DNA of 64,000 nucleotides. Source: Nitrospinaceae bacterium. Its GTDB lineage: Bacteria; Nitrospinota; Nitrospinia; Nitrospinales; Nitrospinaceae. Under the pieces are notes generated by a model. The model saw nothing but the letters and a program-made list of their open reading frames with translations. It did not search any database and had not been told where the DNA came from. The DNA is taken from assembly GCA_965223665.1 (NCBI GenBank), contig OZ245011.1:2016001-2080000 (forward strand), read 5' to 3'. This document shows, in pieces, positions 28,397 through 37,912 of this stretch. Numbering within the stretch: the first letter of the stretch is position 1; every line of letters begins with the position of its first letter. The position numbers and the translations under genes are program-made.

Positions 28397-28915
28397 TCAC
28401 TCTTCCAATTGGCTGAGTCTGTGGTCGACGTCTTTGACCTGGAAGTCCATTCCCAGTTGCTGGTAGATCTTCTTGGCCTTGAGGTAAGCCTGGAGTGCGG
28501 CGGCATTATTTCGTTGCTGTTGAAAGGTGACGGCGATGTTGTTCCAACTGTCGGCCACTTCAATATGGTTCTGTCCCGGAATTTTTTGACCGATCTCTAA
28601 AGCCTTATTAAAATATTTCATGGCCGTATCGTATCGACCCTGAGCGCGCCAGGCTTCGCCGAGGTTATTGAAATCGATCGCTACATAGCGATGGTCTTCT
28701 CCGTAAATTTTAAGGTGGTTGGCCAATGCTTGTTCGAAATACATGACGGCTTTTTTGTGTCGTCCCTGCTTCATCTCCTGTGCGCCCAAAAATTTAAACC
28801 GACTCGCTTCTTCAGCCAGTATCTCCGGTTTGTCCTGCGCAGAGGGAACGCCCGCAAACAACAGCATCCCCAACATCAGCAATCCTAAAAGAACACTATA
28901 TCTTTTAATACTCAT
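28397..28915 (-). CDS. Secreted short TPR protein
   Basis: Signal peptide; FNNLGEAW..QG.YD.A..YF.KAL. Confidence 0.88.
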   Translation of the reverse strand: MSIKRYSVLLGLLMLGMLLFAGVPSAQDKPEILAEEASRFKFLGAQEMKQGRHKKAVMYFEQALANHLKIYGEDHRYVAIDFNNLGEAWRAQGRYDTAMKYFNKALEIGQKIPGQNHIEVADSWNNIAVTFQQQRNNAAALQAYLKAKKIYQQLGMDFQVKDVDHRLSQLEE

Positions 28916-29315
28916 CCAAACCCCCCTCCGAATCAGGACTCATTTCCCAAAATGGATTTCCTTATCCACTTATTAGAATCACCGGATTCACACCATTTAA
29001 AATTGAGAAACAGATATTCGGCGTGTCACTCTTAAATCAAATTAGTTTCGGTTTAATAGTTCCTGTAATTTTTTTTATGCCTAAACCATATACCATTTTT
29101 AGATTAAGTCAATGATTTTATTAAGATTCCCTGCGATTGGTGCAGAAACCCCCAGCGTCTCAATCACTTTCAGTGGGTTCCCGATACCGATGTTTTGAGA
29201 GAATCCATCAGTGAAAATTAAATCCCGGGCCAATCAAATTATAGCCCGGGCTAACGGTCGAATGGATGGATAATTTCCTCCTCTCCCGAAAAACTATTTC
29301 AACGTAAAAACTGTT

Positions 29316-30461
29316 TCACACTCCTTTATAACTTAAAAGGGGATCCAGTTTTCGCACAATTCCAGTCAACCTTTTTTGCGCACGCATGACGGCGTTGATG
29401 TTTTTGTAAGCGGCCGGCGCTTCGTCGCGCAACTGATGGCCCAGGTTGTGATTGAACCACACACCTTCCATTTGTTTATGCAAATGGCGCAGCGTGATTT
29501 TTTTTCTGGCTTCGCCTCGGCTCATCACTCGGCCCGCCCCATGCGAACTGGAATTCAAAGCCTCCGGATGTCCTCGCCCTTCGGTATGAAAACTGGGAGC
29601 GCCCATGGAACCCGGAATGATTCCCGGCTCTCCCTGCTTTGCTGAAAGCGCTCCTTTCCTATGAACCCAAATATTCTTTCCGTAATGCATTTCACTGGAA
29701 ACGTGATTATGATTACAGGAAATGATGGAAGACTCCCACGCCGAAACACCAAACAGATCTTGCATCATGGCTCGGACTTCTTCCATCATGACACTTCGAT
29801 TACTTTCAGCATAAAGACAGGCCCATTCCACATCATTGAAATACGCTTTACCGGTTTCGCTGGTGGATTCGAAAAACTTTAATCCCCATTTACTCTTTAT
29901 CGCTAAAGGCAAATGATGATCATTTATGAGCTGCCCCATACCCCGCGACCCGCTGTGAACCATAACCCAAAGCGCTCCCTGTTCATCCGCTTGAAATTCC
30001 AGGAAGTGATTACCACTTCCCAAAGTTCCCAACTGCGCCCGGCCATTTTTCGACTTCGCCTTTTCCAGTTTTTCATGACTGAGTGTGAATTTTATTAGGT
30101 CATTGGGCAACTGGCCCTGCATCGTCTTTCGCGAATGGCGAATGGTCGGAATCCGCTGAGACAACTCTTCCAGAATTTGCGCCGCGTTTCTTTCATTCAT
30201 AAAATGATGCGCGTCACAATCGAACCCCAGAGCGGTCATTCCGCACCCAATGTCATTACCCACCGCTTGCGGATAGTATTGACCCTCGGTTGCCACCACA
30301 GTTCCGATACAGACTTCCCGGCTCAAATGCACATCCGGCATCACGGCAATGTGGCAGACTCCCGTCGCGTTAGACAACCGATCCAGCGCAAGCTTCACTT
30401 CGGCACTCAAAGGTTCGTCCACCCATTGATGAATTTTCTTACCTGGTCTCAATGAACTCAT
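29316..30461 (-). CDS. rtcB: RtcB-family RNA ligase
   Basis: MPDVH, VGNDIGCGM, LGTLGSGNHF, HSGSRG, HNH, HRKGA, PGSMG, SSSHGAGR, DEAPAAYK. Confidence 0.96.
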   Translation of the reverse strand: MSSLRPGKKIHQWVDEPLSAEVKLALDRLSNATGVCHIAVMPDVHLSREVCIGTVVATEGQYYPQAVGNDIGCGMTALGFDCDAHHFMNERNAAQILEELSQRIPTIRHSRKTMQGQLPNDLIKFTLSHEKLEKAKSKNGRAQLGTLGSGNHFLEFQADEQGALWVMVHSGSRGMGQLINDHHLPLAIKSKWGLKFFESTSETGKAYFNDVEWACLYAESNRSVMMEEVRAMMQDLFGVSAWESSIISCNHNHVSSEMHYGKNIWVHRKGALSAKQGEPGIIPGSMGAPSFHTEGRGHPEALNSSSHGAGRVMSRGEARKKITLRHLHKQMEGVWFNHNLGHQLRDEAPAAYKNINAVMRAQKRLTGIVRKLDPLLSYKGV

Positions 30462-30880
30462 TGCCTCACCTCCTTCGGGTTTAACAACCGAAACGAAAAC
30501 TCAGGCACTCGTTTACGATGAATTGCCTTTGCCGCTTCCGCCCTTAAAAACCCGGACGCTTTTTGAAGAGACTGCAGGGTTTCTACCGGGTTAAAACTTT
30601 CCAAAGCATCTGCGAAAGTGAAAACAATCAATAAATGCGAGCTTTCCGGAACCGGCTCCACGCGATCCACGATCAAGTTGCCTAGAGCCGGATCATTCAA
30701 CTCTCCGGACAAGGTCATGTTTAATGTCAATTGAATTTGCTTGCAAAGCTGATGAGCTTTGCGGTTCGCCCTCCTGTTGGTTTGTTTATTAAAAAATTTT
30801 CGCAGGTTCACGCCATCTTCCGGCCCAATCTCCGCGCACAATGATTCTATATTTTTCTTAGAATGAATTTTTGAATTCAT
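30458..30880 (-). CDS. Ribosome-binding factor A-like protein (divergent RbfA paralog)
   Basis: L.DP.L....V..V...P..SHL and L.KASGFLR.E.A..IHRKRVPE.SF; ATGA overlap with rtcB; not in the infB-rbfA-truB context. Confidence 0.82.
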   Translation of the reverse strand: MNSKIHSKKNIESLCAEIGPEDGVNLRKFFNKQTNRRANRKAHQLCKQIQLTLNMTLSGELNDPALGNLIVDRVEPVPESSHLLIVFTFADALESFNPVETLQSLQKASGFLRAEAAKAIHRKRVPEFSFRLLNPKEVRQ

Positions 30881-30897
30881 AAATCCTCATATGCATA

Positions 30898-31010
30898 GAC
30901 AGCAGCAAGTCCGGGCGCAAGCGCACCACTCCGACCTGCACGCTATCGGTGATTGTTATTAGTTGAATTAAAAATAGAAAGAGTCCGGCCTGTTTCTACC
31001 GGAGAGGCTC
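30898..31010 (-). promoter_or_regulatory. Structured 5' leader (two hairpins, candidate attenuator)
   Basis: Minus strand: GAG..TCCGG/CCGGA.CTC hairpin followed by TTTCTATTTTT (30970-31010), and a long GU-containing hairpin GATAGC.TGCAGGTCGG...CCGGACTTGCTGCTGTC (30898-30947) just before the RBS. Confidence 0.55.
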
Positions 31011-31033
31011 GGAAGGAAAAACCTGAACGAGAA

Positions 31034-31093
31034 TCAGTCTCTGGAAGAAAGAGGCGGAACCCAATGAATGAATGCTGTCGCAATAGGTTGCAT
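31034..31093 (-). CDS. Putative 19-aa leader peptide MQPIATAFIHWVPPLSSRD
   Basis: GAGGTG RBS 4 nt before the ATG; stop lies just 5' of the first hairpin; too short for the ORF track. Confidence 0.55.
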   Translation of the reverse strand: MQPIATAFIHWVPPLSSRD

Positions 31094-31208
31094 GGGTCAC
31101 CTCAAAGAATTTATGAATAATTCAAGCATCATAACATAGCTTTTTGAATTGTAAAAATAAAGTTTCGGGTAAACTTTATAAAAAACGGGATATCAATGGA
31201 TTATTTTT

Positions 31209-31310
31209 CTACTCTCCCATTTTATTGATTTTGCGTTCGAGTTCCTGGACTTTTTGGTGAACCGGTAAGTGCTGTAGATGATTTGTGCTTTGAGGAAAGC
31301 TTTTAGCCCC
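31209..31310 (-). pseudogene. Remnant of the 3' end of a TPR gene
   Basis: Diverged copy of 32238-32340 (…LPVHQKVQELERKINKMGE* versus LPIHQKVQELERKLDQMGE*). Confidence 0.8.
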
Positions 31311-31420
31311 ACTGAAAACGACTCAATATTGCTTTCGGTTTCTAACATAAGCTATATTATCAAATTTAACAACAGTTGTTAACACCTGTCTTACTCACTT
31401 GCTTAAAACCTTAACCAGAA

Positions 31421-31801
31421 TCATTCACTATTTTTCTCAAGCCAGAGGGCAAACTCTTCTTCTTTGATTTTACCGGCCGCAAGGTCAAGTACCGCTTGGA
31501 CGGCCTCGGCTTCTGAGGGATTGAAGGATTTCCCGTTTCTTTCGAGAAAGATCGTGCCGAGGACAAACCCGACCCGTTTGTTTCCATCTATAAAAGGATG
31601 ATTACGAATGATAGCGGAAACATAAGCCGCCGCCAAAGAGAAAAGATCAGGTTTGCTATAAGAATAATGCTGTCGAGGACGAACAAGAGCGGCATCCAAA
31701 AGCCCTTCATCTCTTAAACCCGGGGCACCACCAAACTCTGAAATCAGTTCATCATGTATGGCGAGAACTACTGATTTCACAATCCAAACCGGTTCCTTCA
31801 T
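31421..31801 (-). CDS. doc: Doc/Fic-family toxin (death-on-curing)
   Basis: G.RDEGLL and HPFIDGNKR. Confidence 0.95.
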   Translation of the reverse strand: MKEPVWIVKSVVLAIHDELISEFGGAPGLRDEGLLDAALVRPRQHYSYSKPDLFSLAAAYVSAIIRNHPFIDGNKRVGFVLGTIFLERNGKSFNPSEAEAVQAVLDLAAGKIKEEEFALWLEKNSE

Positions 31802-32025
31802 TTAGCGAGTTCCCGCAGCGTATTGCGGAAGCGGGACATGGCTTTTTTGCCAAGGGCCATTTGTTTTTCAAATTCAGGATCGTAAGGTGTGATGCGGTAA
31901 CTTCCGTCCGGGGCTTCTGTCAGGTACACTTTGTCGCCGTCTTTGAGATGCATACGATTTAGAATTTCGCGAGGCAGAATAACACCAGAAGCGTTTCCGA
32001 TTTTTCTGACTTTTAGATCGACCAT
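31798..32025 (-). CDS. AbrB/MazE-type antitoxin
   Basis: KVRKIGNASGVILP...GD.V...RNTLRELAK; ATGA overlap with doc. Confidence 0.93.
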   Translation of the reverse strand: MVDLKVRKIGNASGVILPREILNRMHLKDGDKVYLTEAPDGSYRITPYDPEFEKQMALGKKAMSRFRNTLRELAK

Positions 32026-32035
32026 AATACAAACT

Positions 32036-32080
32036 CCTATTGTTATAATTAATGTTATAACATTAGGAAAAAACTGTCAA
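32036..32080 (-). promoter_or_regulatory. TA promoter with overlapping operator palindrome
   Basis: CCTATTGTTATAA-ttaatg-TTATAACATTAGG (13-bp arms, 1 mismatch); TTGACA on the minus strand at 32075-32080. Confidence 0.75.
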
Positions 32081-32237
32081 GCTTGAGGGTTACCGATCCC
32101 GATCTTTAATCTTGTCATGTTTCCCTGTTCTTTCTTACTCCAAGAACGTTTTCGAGAATGAATGCCAGGTGTAACGTCACGTTTCGTGCCGAGAGAATTT
32201 TTCTAAATCATTAACTCGAAATGTTTTTCTTGCTATT

Positions 32238-33251
32238 TTACTCTCCCATTTGATCGAGTTTGCGTTCCAACTCCTGGACTTTTTGATGAATCGGTAAGTG
32301 TTGGTAGATGATTTGCGCTTTGAGGTAAGCTTTGAGTGCCGCAGGTTTGTCGCCCTGCTGTTCGTAAAGTTTGCCGATGTGAACCCAGTCTTCCGCCACG
32401 CGAGGATGATACTCTCCGTAGGTTTTCTGATTGCTGACGAGGGCACGCTCAAAATGTTCCATTGCTTTCTCAGTCTCGCCCTTTATTTGCAGAGCCTGTC
32501 CCATGTGCGTCCAACCCATTGCCACGCTGGGATGCTCCCTGCCAAAAGCGGCCAGGTCGATGGCCAACGCTTTTTCATACGCAGCAAGGGCTTTGTCGAT
32601 GTCGCCCTTATCCTGCCAGGCGGATCCCAAATTGTTTAAACCAATCGCGACATTGGGATGATCCTCCCCCAACGTGTTGCGCCAACTTTGTGTGGCCTTC
32701 TGATAATAACCAATGGCGCGATCGTAATCGTGCTTGAGTTTCCAGGCCATTCCCAGGTTGTTCCAATCGCGTGCCACGCTGGGATGGTTTTGACCCAATG
32801 TTTTGAGATCGCTCGCGAGCGCTTTATCAAAATAGGCAATCGCCTGATCGTAGTTTCCTTTATCTTCCCAGGCGGTTCCCAAAAGATTATAAAGGTGTGC
32901 CACGTCCTGATGCTCGCTTCCATAAACAGGTTCCGCCTGCGCCAACGCTTTCTCGAAATATTCAATCGCCTTGGCCGAGGCCCCCTGCTCCAGCGACTCC
33001 ATGCCCAGATCAAGATAATGATTCATTTTAGCAACCGCATCTGTTGACGCGTCGCCGCTATTGCTACTGGATTCAGGTTTCTGTCTATCGCTGGCAGGAG
33101 GATCCGTGAGAGGTGCCGCTTCATCCGGAACCTGTTGGTCACTAGCCGATGGTGCTGTCGTATTCGTGTTAGATGCTTTCTGTGTTCCCGCACACCCGTT
33201 CAGTAGAAAGGCGGTGGCGAAAATTAATGTAATAAATAGTTTGTGTCTCAT
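32238..33251 (-). CDS. TPR lipoprotein
   Basis: Lipobox LNGC-AGTQ; 42-aa TPRs. Confidence 0.92.
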   Translation of the reverse strand: MRHKLFITLIFATAFLLNGCAGTQKASNTNTTAPSASDQQVPDEAAPLTDPPASDRQKPESSSNSGDASTDAVAKMNHYLDLGMESLEQGASAKAIEYFEKALAQAEPVYGSEHQDVAHLYNLLGTAWEDKGNYDQAIAYFDKALASDLKTLGQNHPSVARDWNNLGMAWKLKHDYDRAIGYYQKATQSWRNTLGEDHPNVAIGLNNLGSAWQDKGDIDKALAAYEKALAIDLAAFGREHPSVAMGWTHMGQALQIKGETEKAMEHFERALVSNQKTYGEYHPRVAEDWVHIGKLYEQQGDKPAALKAYLKAQIIYQHLPIHQKVQELERKLDQMGE

Positions 33252-34903
33252 AAGTCCCTCTGCAGGTTCATTTTTTTCCGGAGTGTTTTGATCCGCTGTT
33301 CCAGACCATTAACCTTTTGTTCTATCCCAGATTTTGAGTATATCTCTAACGCTTTTTGGTAAGCTTCCAAAGCGGCATCATATTCACCTTGCCATTCATA
33401 ATTTCGTGCCAGGTTGTACCAATTATCAGCAATTCGGGAGTGATTTTTTCCAAGTGTTTTCAAATTACTGGATAAGGCTTTAGTTAAATACTCAATTGAT
33501 TTTTCGAAATGGCCCTTTCTTCCCCAAGCGGTTCCTAAATTATTCCAATCACGAGCTACTCTGGGATTATCTTCGCCAAAATTTTTTAAATCACTAGCCA
33601 GAGCTTTTTCCATATACTCAACCGCTTTGTCAAACTCCCCTTTACTCTGCCAAACCAGTCCCAGGTTGTTCCAACGAGTGGCAACATGTGGGTGGCTCTC
33701 CCCTAAGTTTTTAATATCGCTCGCCAGACTTTTTTCTAAATACGCAATACCTTCGTCATAATTACCTTTAAGCTGCAATATATATCCTATGTTTCCCCAA
33801 TCTCGGGCAACACTCGGATGGCCTTCCCCTAAGGCCTTGAGGTCAATAGCTAAAGCCTTGTGTAAGTACTCCTCAGCTTTGTCAAATTCACCTTTTCCTT
33901 GCCAGGCCAGTCCCAGGTTGTTCCAAACAACTGCAACATGCGGATGGTTTTCTCCATAAGTTTTCAAATCGCTTTCCAATGCCATTTCATAATATTCAAT
34001 CGCTTTATCATACCTTTCCCTATTACTCCAGGCCAAGCCTAAATTATTCCTGGAGGTACTTACTCTAGGATGAGTATCCCCCAAAGCAGTCCGAAAACTA
34101 TTCAGTGCCTTTTCAAAATATTCAATTGCTTTTTTCGGATCTTCAATTGCCAGCCAATACCGTCCCAGATCACTCCAATCTTCAGCGACATAAAGGTGTT
34201 CCTCCCCAAAATTCCTTAAATCATTAGCAAGAGCTTTTTCAAAATAATGTTTTGCTTTTTCGTAATCCCCTTTAGCTTGCCAAACGGCTCCTAAACTGCT
34301 CCAATCCTTTGCAACATTTGAATGATCCTTTCCAAAATTTTTTAAATTAATATCCAGTGCTTGTTCTAAAAATTCAATTGCCTTTTCGTGGTTACCTTTT
34401 TTGGACCAGGCCATTCCCAAATAATTCCAATCTACAGCAACCTCCGGATGATTCTCACCATAATTTCTCACATCATAACTCCAGGTTTTTTCAAAGAAAT
34501 GTATGGCTTTATCGTAATCACCTAAAGCAAACCAGGCGATTCCAAGATTAAAACTATTGACCGCAACCTGATAACTATACTTCCCAAATTTTTCAAGGTT
34601 GTGTGACAAAGCTTTCTCATGATAAAAAACAGCCTTGTTATAGTTACCCTTTTCTCTCCATGCGACTCCTATAAAATTCCAAAGATTTGAGACATCCGGA
34701 TGATCTTTTCCATGCTGTTGGAGATGGTCGGCTAACTCTTTTTCGAAAAAAGCAATCGCCTCATCGTAACGCGCTTCCTCAATATACTTTTCACCTAATG
34801 ACTTGGAAGACTCTGCGTCAGAAGACCTCTGCGTCCCGGCACAGCCGTGAAGCAGCAAAGTCGCTGCAACTAAAAATGTAAAAATAATTTTTGCGTTAAT
34901 CAT
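33248..34903 (-). CDS. TPR lipoprotein (about 12 repeats)
   Basis: Likely start MINAKIIF at 34903; lipobox LHGC-AGTQ. Confidence 0.92.
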   Translation of the reverse strand: MINAKIIFTFLVAATLLLHGCAGTQRSSDAESSKSLGEKYIEEARYDEAIAFFEKELADHLQQHGKDHPDVSNLWNFIGVAWREKGNYNKAVFYHEKALSHNLEKFGKYSYQVAVNSFNLGIAWFALGDYDKAIHFFEKTWSYDVRNYGENHPEVAVDWNYLGMAWSKKGNHEKAIEFLEQALDINLKNFGKDHSNVAKDWSSLGAVWQAKGDYEKAKHYFEKALANDLRNFGEEHLYVAEDWSDLGRYWLAIEDPKKAIEYFEKALNSFRTALGDTHPRVSTSRNNLGLAWSNRERYDKAIEYYEMALESDLKTYGENHPHVAVVWNNLGLAWQGKGEFDKAEEYLHKALAIDLKALGEGHPSVARDWGNIGYILQLKGNYDEGIAYLEKSLASDIKNLGESHPHVATRWNNLGLVWQSKGEFDKAVEYMEKALASDLKNFGEDNPRVARDWNNLGTAWGRKGHFEKSIEYLTKALSSNLKTLGKNHSRIADNWYNLARNYEWQGEYDAALEAYQKALEIYSKSGIEQKVNGLEQRIKTLRKKMNLQRDL

Positions 34904-35000
34904 ATTCATCAATATCTTTTTCGATGGATCTTCGGATGTAACCAATTCCGGACTTCCTCGCAATTTCCAAAGCCTGCTCTAAATACCCTAATCCTATTTT
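34896..35000 (-). pseudogene. Remnant of the 3' end of a 37905-type TPR gene
   Basis: Near copy of 37905-38000 (YLEQALEIARKSGIGYIRRSIEKDIDEYD*). Confidence 0.8.
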
Positions 35001-35029
35001 GAGATTACCTTCTTATAACTTAAACGTTT

Positions 35030-37912
35030 TCAAAGTTTGTTAATTTGCTGACGCGCAATTGAAATATTTTCCAATATCTCTTCAACCTCCGGGTGAGAAT
35101 CATCTAAAGTTTTTCGATAAACAGTCAACGCTTTTTCAAAATAAGAGATGGCTTTCTCAAATTCTCCTTTGTCGAAAAAAACTTTTCCAATGTTATTCAT
35201 TTGGAATGCCACATCCGGATGATCCTCCCCCAGGGTTTTTCTATGCAGTTCCAAACTCTTTTCCAAATAGCTTTCGGCTTTGTCTAAATCTCCTTTTTGA
35301 TACCAAGTTTGTCCCAGAATTAGATATTCCACTGGAACGTCGGGGTGGTTTTCGCCAAAATTTTTTAAATTGCTGTTCAAAGCTTTTTCTAAATAGGAAA
35401 CTGCTTTTTCCAAATTCCCTTTAAGAAGCCACATAGAACCGAGATTAGCCCAATCGGCTGCGACTGTTGAATGATCCTCTCCCCAAAATGCTTGGTGAAT
35501 AGCTAATCCCTTTTCCATATTACTAATAGCTTTATCAAACTCGCCTTTATTGCCCCAGGCCACTCCTAAAGCCGTCCAAATGCTACCAATATCAGGATGA
35601 TCTTCACCATAAGTTTTAATCATAGGGATCAGTGCCTTTTTATAATACTCAATCGCTTTATCATGCTGACCAATATTATCTAGAGCTTCACCCAAATTAT
35701 TCCATTTCACGGCCACTTGCGGATTATCTTCCCCCAAGTTTTTAAGGTCGCTTGCTATCGCCTTTTCGTAATACTCAATCGCTTTTCTATAGTTTTCTAA
35801 ATTAGACCAAACAACGCCCAGGTTGTTCCATACGATTGCTACTTGAGGATGGTCTGGGCCAAAATTTTTCAAGGTGCTTTCCAAAGCTTTTTCTAAATAC
35901 TCTATGGCTTTTTCATTTTCACCTTTTTTCCCTAAAGTTTCCCCAATATTGTTCCAGTCTCTTGCAACACTAGGGTGACCTTCGCCAAAGTTTTTAAGGT
36001 CAGCTGCAAGGGCTTTTTCAAAATGCATCAAGGCCTTTTCATAATTTCCTCTTCCAGACCAAACAGCCCCCATTAAGCTATCAACTTGGCTTTTGTCAGC
36101 CGGGTCCCCCTCAGGGGTGTTGAATTTCTTATCTAGTTTTTTACCCATTAGGGAATAGAGTCTGTCTCCGTGACCTGCTTCAATATAAGCCCGCAAAAAC
36201 TCTTGTTTACTTTTTATTTCCGGATGGCTTTTCGCAAACGCTCCCATATGTTTACGCAATTCTTCCTCTTCAGCTTGAAGTTCCGGATCAATATCACTTG
36301 AGCCCATTTCCAGCTCAGGGTTGAGACCTTTTGAATCCCATTTAAGTTGATTGTCTCCAAGAAAATCAACCTTTGTTTTGGAATTATTAGAGCCCTTGTT
36401 AAATTTATTTTTTCGATTTTTAAGTTTTAAAAATTCAGAGACAATCTCCTCATTCTCTGTTTTTTCCATAGGAGAATTTTTATCTGCTTGTTCACTCTCT
36501 TCTATGTTGTCAGTAATTTCCGGGCTCAAATTATTTGATTCAATGGCTTGTTCAGCTTCTCTAATTTGTTGCCTGAGAAAACCTATATCCGGATGATCTT
36601 CCTTCTGGTAAAAAAGGTTAACAGCCAGTGCATTTTTAAAATAATCGACTGCTTTAAAGTATTCTTTCTTTGCTATCCAATTCGTTCCCAAAGATTTTTG
36701 AACAGAAGCCACCTGAGGATGGTCACTGCCCAGGATTTTCATATCGTTTTCCAAAGCGCTTTCTAAATACTCAATGGATTTATTATTGTCTCCCATTATA
36801 TAAAAAATATTCCCCAGAGCTTTTTGACCTCTAGAAATATTTAGATGCCCTTCCTTGTAAACATTTTGATCATGAGCTAAGGCTTTTTCATAATAAGAAA
36901 TGGCCTTCTGTGTATCATTTTTTTCTTGCCAATACTTACCCAAACTTAACCATAGTTCAGACACTCTCAGAGGAAGCTTTCCCATCCCATTGATACCGTT
37001 TTCAACCTTTTCAAAAAAGCTAGCAGCTTTGTCTTCCTCATCTCTCAAAAACCAAACCTCTCCCAAATAGCTATAATCCAGAAATACGTTAAAATGATTT
37101 TCGCCGAAATTTTTTAAATCACTGCTTAAAGCTTTCTCAAAGTATTCTGTTGCTGGAATCAAATCACCTTTGTCCTTATTTGCTAATCCAAGGTACTTCC
37201 AATCTCGCGCAACTCTGGAATGATTTTCTCCAAAATTCTTAAGATCAATAGCCAAAGCCGACTCTAAATATTCTAATTCCTGGACCCTGTCTCCTTTAAA
37301 GTTCCAAACCTTTCCTATATTTATATATATATCCGCCATGTAGGAATGATCTTCCAGAAAGGCATTTGAAGTACTCTTTAAAGCTTCTTTAAAATATTCG
37401 ATAGCCAACTCAAGGTCCATCATTAAAAAATAAACCTTACCCAGTTCGTTCCAATCCCGAGCTACATTGAGATGGTCTTTGCCAAAATGTTTCACATCGC
37501 TGGCTAAAGCTTTCTCCAAATATTCAACCGCCTTATCATATTGCCCTTTTTCCCGCCACACTTGTCCAAGGTAATTCCAATCGGTGGCGACTTCTGGATG
37601 GTCTTCTCCATAATCCTTGAGATGGGCCGCCAACTCTTTTTCGAAAAAGGCAATCGCCTCATCGTAACGCGCTTCCTCAAGGTACTGTTCACCTAACGTT
37701 TTGTTAGAATCTTCCGGATCAATGTGAAAGGTTTCTTTATTGGGTTTGTCAACTTCTTTAGGTATGGGAGGATTGGAATCATTCGTTGAAGAAGCTGGAC
37801 CAGATTGGAGGGACTTAGAAACATCGTCACTATTCTTCTGTGTCCCCGCACAACCGTTCATAAGAAAAGTCGCTGCAACTAATAATGTAAAAATAACTTT
37901 TGAGTTAATCAT
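35030..37912 (-). CDS. Large chimeric TPR lipoprotein
   Basis: Likely start MINSKVIF at 37912; lipobox MNGC-AGTQ; two TPR blocks separated by a linker and a helical domain shared with 37905-38762. Confidence 0.92.
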   Translation of the reverse strand: MINSKVIFTLLVAATFLMNGCAGTQKNSDDVSKSLQSGPASSTNDSNPPIPKEVDKPNKETFHIDPEDSNKTLGEQYLEEARYDEAIAFFEKELAAHLKDYGEDHPEVATDWNYLGQVWREKGQYDKAVEYLEKALASDVKHFGKDHLNVARDWNELGKVYFLMMDLELAIEYFKEALKSTSNAFLEDHSYMADIYINIGKVWNFKGDRVQELEYLESALAIDLKNFGENHSRVARDWKYLGLANKDKGDLIPATEYFEKALSSDLKNFGENHFNVFLDYSYLGEVWFLRDEEDKAASFFEKVENGINGMGKLPLRVSELWLSLGKYWQEKNDTQKAISYYEKALAHDQNVYKEGHLNISRGQKALGNIFYIMGDNNKSIEYLESALENDMKILGSDHPQVASVQKSLGTNWIAKKEYFKAVDYFKNALAVNLFYQKEDHPDIGFLRQQIREAEQAIESNNLSPEITDNIEESEQADKNSPMEKTENEEIVSEFLKLKNRKNKFNKGSNNSKTKVDFLGDNQLKWDSKGLNPELEMGSSDIDPELQAEEEELRKHMGAFAKSHPEIKSKQEFLRAYIEAGHGDRLYSLMGKKLDKKFNTPEGDPADKSQVDSLMGAVWSGRGNYEKALMHFEKALAADLKNFGEGHPSVARDWNNIGETLGKKGENEKAIEYLEKALESTLKNFGPDHPQVAIVWNNLGVVWSNLENYRKAIEYYEKAIASDLKNLGEDNPQVAVKWNNLGEALDNIGQHDKAIEYYKKALIPMIKTYGEDHPDIGSIWTALGVAWGNKGEFDKAISNMEKGLAIHQAFWGEDHSTVAADWANLGSMWLLKGNLEKAVSYLEKALNSNLKNFGENHPDVPVEYLILGQTWYQKGDLDKAESYLEKSLELHRKTLGEDHPDVAFQMNNIGKVFFDKGEFEKAISYFEKALTVYRKTLDDSHPEVEEILENISIARQQINKL

